Source: an uncultured Acidobacteriota bacterium (GTDB taxonomy: Bacteria; Acidobacteriota; Thermoanaerobaculia; UBA5066; Gp7-AA6). From it: a DNA stretch of 64,000 bases. The notes below the pieces were generated by a model that worked only from the letters and a program-made list of their open reading frames with translations, did no database searches and had not been told where the DNA came from. The stretch lies in contig CAWHTA010000011.1 in the NCBI GenBank assembly GCA_963832145.1, positions 665,451-729,450 on the forward strand, given 5' to 3'. The translations under genes and the position numbers were made by a program. Numbering within the stretch: the first letter of the stretch is position 1; each line of letters begins with the position of its first letter. Shown one piece after another: positions 55,208 to 64,000 of the stretch.

Positions 55208-55576
55208 CTACCTGTTTCCCGGCCGGTTCTCTTCTTCCGCCTGCTTGAACAGGTACTTGATCGAGGTCTTCGGGATCAGAAGGTTCGGCCCGCGCTCGCG
55301 GTTGACCTTCAGGCAGTTCTTGTCGTACCACTCGATCCAGCCGCGAACCTCCTGGCCGTCGGTCAGAACGACGACCATCGGCGTCTTCGCCGCCATCTGC
55401 TTGAGGTAGTAGTAGCTCTCCGCGTTGGTCTGCTCGGGCGGTACCTGCTTGCGCTGCTGGAAGCTGCGCGTCGGGTAACGGTCCGCGAGCTCGGAGAGGT
55501 TCGGCCGGATGAGCTTGCGGTTACCGGCGACGTCGTCATCGGGGCGGAAGGCCCCCGTCGGGTTGCGGTTCGGCAC
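55208..55576 (-). CDS. Sm-fold / Hfq-like RNA-binding protein with a 55-aa N-terminal extension (tentative)
   Basis: ..PMVVVLTDGQEVRGWIEWYDKNCLKVNRERGPNLLIPKTSIKYLF.. aligns by eye with the Hfq core [43 protein letters not shown]. Confidence 0.5.
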   Translation of the reverse strand: MPNRNPTGAFRPDDDVAGNRKLIRPNLSELADRYPTRSFQQRKQVPPEQTNAESYYYLKQMAAKTPMVVVLTDGQEVRGWIEWYDKNCLKVNRERGPNLLIPKTSIKYLFKQAEEENRPGNR

Positions 55577-55620
55577 TGCTGTCTCTCCAGGTCCCCATTA
55601 GGTGGGGCTCTTTACGGTTA

Positions 55621-56370
55621 TTAAACCGGAGAGGGTCCTTGAAAATTCTGTGCCTTAGGAGGCGCTGAGGTTCGATAACCCTCCTCCTCGTAGGCGAGAC
55701 AGCACATCAGGCGGCCGCACATCCCCGATATTTTGGAAGGGTTTAGCGAAAGATTCTGATTTTTCGCCATTTTGATCGTCACGGGGTGGAACGACTTCAG
55801 GAAGGTCGAGCAGCAGAGGGTCAAACCGCAGGGGCCGATGCCGCCGCGCATCTTGGTTTCGTCGCGGGGACCGACCTGCCGCATCTCGATCCGCAGGGGG
55901 TGGAGGGACGTCAGGTCCTGGACCAGCTTGCGGTAGTCGATGCGGGTCTCGGAGGTGTAGTAGACGGTGACCTTGCGGCCGTCGAAGGTCTCCTCGGCGC
56001 GGATCACCTTGAGCGTGAGGCTCTTCTCCTCGGCGATTCGCCGGGTGTCCTCGAAGAAGCGCTTTTCGCGTTCCTGCTTCAACCGGTAGCTCGCCTTGTC
56101 GTCGTCCGTCGCGATCCGCACCAGCCGGCGCGCGTCCCGGAGTTGGCACTGCTTCAGGATCATCGGTCGCAGGTTGGTCACTTCGGCGAACTCGAAGCCC
56201 GCCTCGCCCTCGACGACGACCCGCTGGCCCTTCTGAACCGGGATGCCCTGCGTGTCGCAGAACGGGGCCTTCCCGTCCTCGTTGTCGTTGATCCGGATAC
56301 CGATGTAGAGACTGCCGGGGTTCAGCTTGTTACCGACCCCGCAACCTCCGCCGTTGCCACAGCCTGACAT
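55621..56370 (-). CDS. PSP1 domain protein (YaaT/RicT family)
   Basis: ..RIDYRKLVQDLTSLHPLRIEMRQVGPRDETKMRGGIGPCGLTLCCSTFL..SGMCGRLMCCLAYE.. (PSP1 C-terminal Cys cluster). Confidence 0.85.
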   Translation of the reverse strand: MSGCGNGGGCGVGNKLNPGSLYIGIRINDNEDGKAPFCDTQGIPVQKGQRVVVEGEAGFEFAEVTNLRPMILKQCQLRDARRLVRIATDDDKASYRLKQEREKRFFEDTRRIAEEKSLTLKVIRAEETFDGRKVTVYYTSETRIDYRKLVQDLTSLHPLRIEMRQVGPRDETKMRGGIGPCGLTLCCSTFLKSFHPVTIKMAKNQNLSLNPSKISGMCGRLMCCLAYEEEGYRTSAPPKAQNFQGPSPV

Positions 56371-56427
56371 GGGGGCTCCGTAAATCGTTCAGCCGGTGCC
56401 TTTTAGACACCAGCGAAAGCTTCAGAT

Positions 56428-56985
56428 TCAGCGAGCGAGCTTACCACGCCCGCCGCCGGCACCGCGGGAGGGCCCTCCCCGTCGCTGCCGCTGCAGGGCG
56501 GCGTCCTTCCGGACCACGTCCTTCTCCATGGCGTCCCGGTAGGCGAGGAGGCGAGCTTCCAGCCGGCGGTCCGAAAGGGCGAGGATCTGCACCGCGAGAA
56601 GCGCCGCGTTCTTCGCCCCCGCCTCGCCGATTGCCGTGCAGGCGACCGGGACGCCCCCCGGCATCTGCGCCGTCGAGAGGAGGGAGTCCATGCCCGCGAG
56701 CGGGGAGGCGGCGAGCGGGACCCCGATCACCGGCCGGGGCGTCACGGCGGCGAGCGCGCCGGCCAGGTGCGCCGCGGCCCCCGCTCCGGCGATGAAGACG
56801 CGGGTCCCCCGCCGGGTGAAGGTTCTCGCCATCCGGACGGTCCGGTCGTGGCTGCGGTGAGCGGAGGAGACGATCGCGAGATGAACGACGCCGAACTCGT
56901 CCAAGACCTGCGAGGCCTTGCCCATCACGGGCCAGTCGGAGTCGGAGCCCATGAAGATGACGACGGTCGGGTTCGTTTCGGCCAT
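56428..56985 (-). CDS. purE: 5-(carboxyamino)imidazole ribonucleotide mutase
   Basis: ..[37 protein letters not shown]... ATG at 56985 inside ORF 56428..57531. Confidence 0.88.
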   Translation of the reverse strand: MAETNPTVVIFMGSDSDWPVMGKASQVLDEFGVVHLAIVSSAHRSHDRTVRMARTFTRRGTRVFIAGAGAAAHLAGALAAVTPRPVIGVPLAASPLAGMDSLLSTAQMPGGVPVACTAIGEAGAKNAALLAVQILALSDRRLEARLLAYRDAMEKDVVRKDAALQRQRRGGPSRGAGGGRGKLAR

Positions 56986-57005
56986 GGGGGCGATTCTAGT
57001 CGGCC

Positions 57006-57335
57006 TTATCCCGACAGCTCCCGGGTGACCGCGTCGAGAAGCGCTTCGGGCGTCGCGGCGGTCAGGCTCCGGACTCCCGGCGGCGGCTGACCCGATTCCG
57101 GGGCGAAGAGCGGGGGCGAGGAAGGGTCCTCCTCCCGGAGAACTTCCGCGACCTCCGCGGCGCGGTCCGGAGTCAGGAGGAGGAGCACCGCGTCGATGCG
57201 GCGGTTGCGGGAGAGCCTCTCGAGCGCCTCCTCGACGTCGCGGGCGTGGAGCACCTCGAGCGACGGCTTCCGGGCCGCCACGCGGTCGAGCTCCTCGGCG
57301 TCTTCCGGCTCGCCGACCACGAGGACCGTGATCAC
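57006..57335 (-). CDS. small receiver-like (pseudo-receiver?) protein, hypothetical
   Basis: VITVLVVGEPEDAEEL..IDAVLLLL..; GTG in a GTGA overlap with the upstream CAP-domain gene. The acidic pocket is not evident. Confidence 0.4.
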   Translation of the reverse strand: MITVLVVGEPEDAEELDRVAARKPSLEVLHARDVEEALERLSRNRRIDAVLLLLTPDRAAEVAEVLREEDPSSPPLFAPESGQPPPGVRSLTAATPEALLDAVTRELSG

Positions 57336-58318
57336 GGCGCCCCGATCGCCGGCGCTTCCGGTGGCGGCCGATCCACCCAGAGGACCGCGACGCCGCCGCT
57401 CGACGCGTTCTCCTCGCGGAGGGGCTGCGTGTGGAAGACGAGGGTCCAGATGCCCGGCCGGTCCGGCGTGAACCGGAACTCGAAAGCCCTGTCGCGGTTG
57501 AGGCGGATCCGATCGGACGTGACCGCTCCAACGATCCGGATGTTGACGAGCCCCTCCTTTACGAAGGCTTCGAGGGGGACCGGATAGGAGTAGCTCATGC
57601 GGCGGCTCGCGGCTTCGCGCGTGAGCCGCGCCGGCGGAGGCTCCCACGCGATCGTCACGAAAAAGAGGCGTCTTCCCTCGATCGGCTTTCCGCTGACGAC
57701 GACGCCCGCCGATCGGGGGCCCACGCGCTGGATTTTCAGCCACGCGAGGTGCCGGGTCAGGAACTCCTGCGCCATCCGGAATTCGCCGCCGCGGATGTCG
57801 TACCCCACTCCGACGTGGGTCGCGGCCGAGTCGAGGATCGTCTTCCGGTGGCCGTCGTACGGGGGTTTCTCGGCGAGCATTTCCGCGTGCCCGCTCAACG
57901 CGAGGTCGATGGCGGGATCGGTGAACGAGGTCCCGGTCGTCTTCCAGGTGACCGAGTTCTCGTACTGCATCCCGAAGACGCCGGCGAGCGCCGTGCGGCC
58001 ATACGGAGCGATGCCGTCGGTGAGGAAGTGGCCGGTCGTGTTTTCCGCGATCTGGTTCCGGCAGAACGCGTCGGCGACCCGGGAGACCGCCTCGTCCCAG
58101 AGGACGGGAGAGATCCCCTCCGCGAGCCGGTCGCGGTTGATGCGCTCGAACACCGCGAGCTTGACCGGATCCTTCGGGAGCGCATCGGCGGGCGGGAAGA
58201 CCTCGACGATCGGAGCATCGAGATCCGGCGCGACGATCGTGAGCGGCGGCGGAGGAGGCTCGACCGCGCCGTTGCCCGCGCACGCGGCCGCGAGGAGGAT
58301 CGTCCCCATCAGTGTCAT
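57332..58318 (-). CDS. CAP/SCP-domain lipoprotein
   Basis: MTLMGTILLAAACAGNG lipobox and ..INRDRLAEGISPVLWDEAVSRVADAFC..GHAEMLAE..THVGVGY... ATG 58316-58318 lies inside a GTCATCCTGAG repeat. Confidence 0.7.
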   Translation of the reverse strand: MTLMGTILLAAACAGNGAVEPPPPPLTIVAPDLDAPIVEVFPPADALPKDPVKLAVFERINRDRLAEGISPVLWDEAVSRVADAFCRNQIAENTTGHFLTDGIAPYGRTALAGVFGMQYENSVTWKTTGTSFTDPAIDLALSGHAEMLAEKPPYDGHRKTILDSAATHVGVGYDIRGGEFRMAQEFLTRHLAWLKIQRVGPRSAGVVVSGKPIEGRRLFFVTIAWEPPPARLTREAASRRMSYSYPVPLEAFVKEGLVNIRIVGAVTSDRIRLNRDRAFEFRFTPDRPGIWTLVFHTQPLREENASSGGVAVLWVDRPPPEAPAIGAP

Positions 58319-58486
58319 CCTGAGCCCTTCGCCTTTGGCTGTCATCCTGAGCCCTCGCCCTGGCTGTCATCCTGAGCGAAGCGAAGGATCCCCTGCGCTT
58401 CGACCGACGCCTTCCGCTCAGGACAGGCTCCGCGAAGGATCCGCTGAACGCAGGGGGTCCTTCGGACCTTCGGTCCTCAGGATGAC
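58314..58486. repeat. GTCATYCYGAG-type palindromic repeat cluster
   Basis: GTCATCCTGAGCCCTTCGCC, GTCATCCTGAGCCCTCGCCC, GTCATCCTGAGCGAAGCGAAGGATCCCCTGCG...GGTCCTCAGGATGAC. Confidence 0.88.
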
Positions 58487-58514
58487 AACGGGCGCGTGTT
58501 AGCTTGCTCACCAC

Positions 58515-61578
<3,064 letters not shown>

Positions 61579-61591
61579 CACAGCTAGCCCT

Positions 61592-61730
61592 GTCATCCTG
61601 AGCCCTTCGCTTTGCTCAGGACAGGCTCCGCGAAGGACCCCCTGCGCTAACGCAAGGGGTTCCTCGTCGCTTCGCTCCTCGGAATGACATGAGAAGGCTT
61701 GTCATCCCGAGCGAAGCGAGGGATCTGTGT
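61592..61730. repeat. GTCATYCYGAG-type palindromic repeat cluster
   Basis: GTCATCCTGAGCCCTTCGCTTTGCTCAGGACAGG.., ..CCTCGTCGCTTCGCTCCTCGGAATGAC, GTCATCCCGAGCGAAGCGAGGGATCTGTG. Confidence 0.88.
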
Positions 61731-61793
61731 CCCTCTTGATGTAGGGTCCGAACCGAACCTCGCCTCGCCCGCATACCTACGACGGAGGCGCCC

Positions 61794-62060
61794 ATGGACA
61801 CCTGCCCTCACGTTTCAATGATCCGCGAAGTCGTGCCGAGCGCCGACGGCTGCGAGGACTGCCTGAAGATCGGCGACGACTGGGTGCATCTCCGCCTCTG
61901 CCTCAAGTGCGGCCACGTCGGTTGCTGCGACTCCTCGAAGAACAAGCACGCGACGAAACACTTTCGCGCGACCGGCCACCCGATCGTCAAGTCGTTCGAG
62001 CCGGGCGAGGACTGGCTGTGGTGCTACGTGGACGAGACTTTCCTGGAGCTCGCGTCGTGA
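61794..62060 (+). CDS. UBP-type zinc-finger protein
   Basis: ..CEDCLKIGDDWVHLRLCLKCGHVGCCDSSKNKHATKHFRATGHPI.. (zf-UBP). Confidence 0.82.
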   Translation: MDTCPHVSMIREVVPSADGCEDCLKIGDDWVHLRLCLKCGHVGCCDSSKNKHATKHFRATGHPIVKSFEPGEDWLWCYVDETFLELAS

Positions 62061-62987
62061 GCGCCGCGGCCTGGCCCGAGATCCCGCTCGGGGCGTGGGC
62101 GGAGACCCGCGACACTCTCCACCTCTGGACCCAGATCGTCGGGAAAGTCCGTCTCGTTCAGACGCCGTGGGTCAACCACTCGTGGCACGCGACACTCTAC
62201 GTGACGCCGCGCGGGCTGACGACGTCGCTCGTTCCGCACGGCGACCGACTGTTCGGGATGGAGTTCGACTTCCTCGAGCATCGGCTTTCTGATGCAGACC
62301 GTCGACGGCGAACGTCGTGTGATCCCCCTCGTGCCGAAGTCGGTCGCGACGTTCTACCGCGAGGTCCTTTCCGCGCTGAAAGAGCTCGGGCTCCCGGTGG
62401 AGATCCACACCCACCCCTCCGAAATCGCCGGCGGGATCCCGTTCCCGGAAGACGAGACCCATCACTCCTACGATCCCGAGTACGCGCAGCGCTTCTGGCG
62501 CACGCTTGCAACGTCGCACCGAGTCCTCCAGAAGTTCCGCTCGACGTTCCTCGGCAAGGCGAGCCCCGTGCACTTCTTCTGGGGGAGCTTCGACCTCGCG
62601 CTCACCCTCTTCTCCGGGCGTCCCGCCACGCCGTTGGACTTCTCCCAGCCGCACATGCCGAAATGGGTCGTCCGCGAAGCCTCGACTCACGAGCAGGCGG
62701 CGTTCGGTTTCTGGCCGGGCAACGTCGGCGGCCCGTTCCCGCAGGCTGCCTACTACGCGTACGCGCACCCGGCGCCCGACGGCTTCCCGAAGATCAAGCT
62801 CCGCTCCGCGGCGGCGACGTTTCCGGAGGCGATGGGGGAGTGGGTCCTGCCCTACGACGCGGTGCGGACCGCAAAGGATCCCGACCGTGAGCTCCTTTGG
62901 TTTCTTGAAGACACGTACGCCGCGGCCGCGGACCTCGGCAAGTGGGACAAGAATCTGGTTCGGACCGAAAAGCTCCCACCCGCTTGA
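62057..62987 (+). pseudogene. DUF5996-family protein, frameshift near 62288
   Basis: VSAAAWPEIPLGAWAETRDTLHLWTQIVGKVRL..FGMEFDFLEHRL | LMQTVDGERRVIPL..GKASPVHFFWGSFDLALTLFSGR... One extra T in CGGCTTTCTG. GTGA overlap with zf-UBP. Confidence 0.7.
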
Positions 62988-63006
62988 TCCCCACGAGTCG
63001 AAGACT

Positions 63007-63115
63007 GTGATTCCGAGGGGCATCTCTCTGTCATTCCGAGGAGCGAAGCGACGAGGAATCTGGTCCCTTCTGGAAGATGAACAGGCACCAGATCCTTCGC
63101 TTCGCTCAGGATGAC
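63007..63115. repeat. GTCATYCYGAG-type palindromic repeat unit
   Basis: GTGATTCCGAGGGGC.., GTCATTCCGAGGAGCGAAGCGACGAGGAATCTGG...CCAGATCCTTCGCTTCGCTCAGGATGAC. Confidence 0.88.
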
Positions 63116-63172
63116 TGGAAATCGCCGTCCTTGACCCCGCTCCCGCTATTCGAATAAGGTCCGCCTTCCTGA

Positions 63173-63249
<77 letters not shown>

Positions 63250-63461
63250 TTCAAATCAAGGAGTTGGGCGGGGTCGCCTGACTCCTTTTTCTTTCGGGTC
63301 GGCGATTTCGCGTCGTCCCGTAGCCGCGCGGACGAAAGTCGAGCGTGTTTCCGACGACCGCGGACCAGATCCGCGTGCCGTGCGTCTTTCTTCACGGAAG
63401 GAGCGATGTGCAGGTCGTCGTTCGCCTCGATGCTCCGCAGTTCGTCTTGCGACCACGCGCT

Positions 63462-63917
63462 TCATCGCGACCCCTCGCGTTCGATGACTACCTGGAACGC
63501 GCCAGAGCGACGGAACGCCTCAACGCCGGAATCAATCGTTGCCAGCTTGATTAGCCCCTTCGAATAGCCGAAATCCTTGTAATAGATGGCGAGGTTCCCC
63601 CAGGGTGCGTAGTACGCGATGTCGCCCACGGACGGATCAGCGCCTGGCGGTGCGCCTTTCGTCGAGAGCCGCCGCGGAAGGTCGCTGACTTTCTCGGTCG
63701 ACGCGTAGTCTTTCAGCGTGAGTTTCAACGGAAGCAGCGAAGCGAAGTCGCGCGCCGTCGCGTTGTTCTCGAGGGTCGCCGTGATCCGTATGCCGCCGAT
63801 CGTGAGACGAATCTTCATAGCGGTCACTTCCGGGGATGCCTGTCGTGTACTGGTGTTCGTCTGGGCGTACCCGGACGTCGCCATTGCGATTGCTGCAATG
63901 AAGAGTCCTAGCTCCAT
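63462..63917 (-). CDS. secreted cyclophilin-like-fold protein (hypothetical)
   Basis: Signal peptide MELGLFIAAIAMATSGYAQ and ..IRLTIGGIRITATLENNATARDFASLLPL..GDIAYYAPWGNLAIYY.. (cyclophilin-like family pattern). Locally lower GC. Confidence 0.6.
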   Translation of the reverse strand: MELGLFIAAIAMATSGYAQTNTSTRQASPEVTAMKIRLTIGGIRITATLENNATARDFASLLPLKLTLKDYASTEKVSDLPRRLSTKGAPPGADPSVGDIAYYAPWGNLAIYYKDFGYSKGLIKLATIDSGVEAFRRSGAFQVVIEREGSR

Positions 63918-64000
63918 GGATCGTGTCACGCACCCGTGTCGATGACGAAGCGATACCGCGCCTGCTTCGCGACGACTCTCTGCCACGCGTCATCGATGCT

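Overview
This is a GC-rich (about two-thirds G+C by eye, not computed), densely coding bacterial window. I support about 60 protein genes, 3 tRNAs, and no rRNA, CRISPR array, transposase or integrase. All product calls come from reading the ORF translations against remembered family motifs; no database search was run.

Layout:
- 1.6-8.6 kb: lysine/DAP block (asd-lysC-dapB-dapA-dapD plus an M20 hydrolase).
- 9.3-13 kb: NAD block (nadB-nadC-nadA).
- 13-15.2 kb: fused E1 alpha/beta 2-oxoacid dehydrogenase.
- 15.6-18.9 kb: pyrK-pyrD-pyrF-GDPD chain.
- 19-26 kb: miscellaneous enzymes.
- 26.3-32.9 kb: signalling patch (GAF-PAS4 sensor without output domain, frameshifted DsbA-like gene, LysR, sensor-less histidine kinase, PAS-GAF-GGDEF).
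- 33.3-40.0 kb: five-gene minus-strand operon (SDR, flavin-halogenase-like, CRTAC1/FG-GAP, two membrane proteins) bracketed by two tRNA-Ser genes.
- 40.5-47.9 kb: accessory cluster of secreted metal/redox proteins.
- 48.1-55 kb: serS and a polysaccharide cluster (GT2 x3, GT4, priming transferase).
- 55.2-63 kb: Hfq-like, PSP1/RicT, purE, CAP lipoprotein, pgm-eno-ftsB, zf-UBP/DUF5996.
- 63.2-64 kb: tRNA-fMet and a lower-GC tail.

Most notable observations:
1. A conserved AT-rich 30-nt motif lies upstream of three secreted-protein genes.
2. Reading-frame disruptions are strongly concentrated in the 40.5-47.9 kb cluster, including compensated +1/-1 pairs, while housekeeping genes are intact.
3. 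Both tRNA-Ser genes have unusual repeat architectures.
4. Three dispersed repeat families occur. These are heptamer arrays, GTCATYCYGAG palindromic units and GGGGTCAG hairpins. They supply start codons and C-termini to neighbouring genes and sit directly in front of glycosyltransferase starts.

I did not find a recognisable defence or mobile system.
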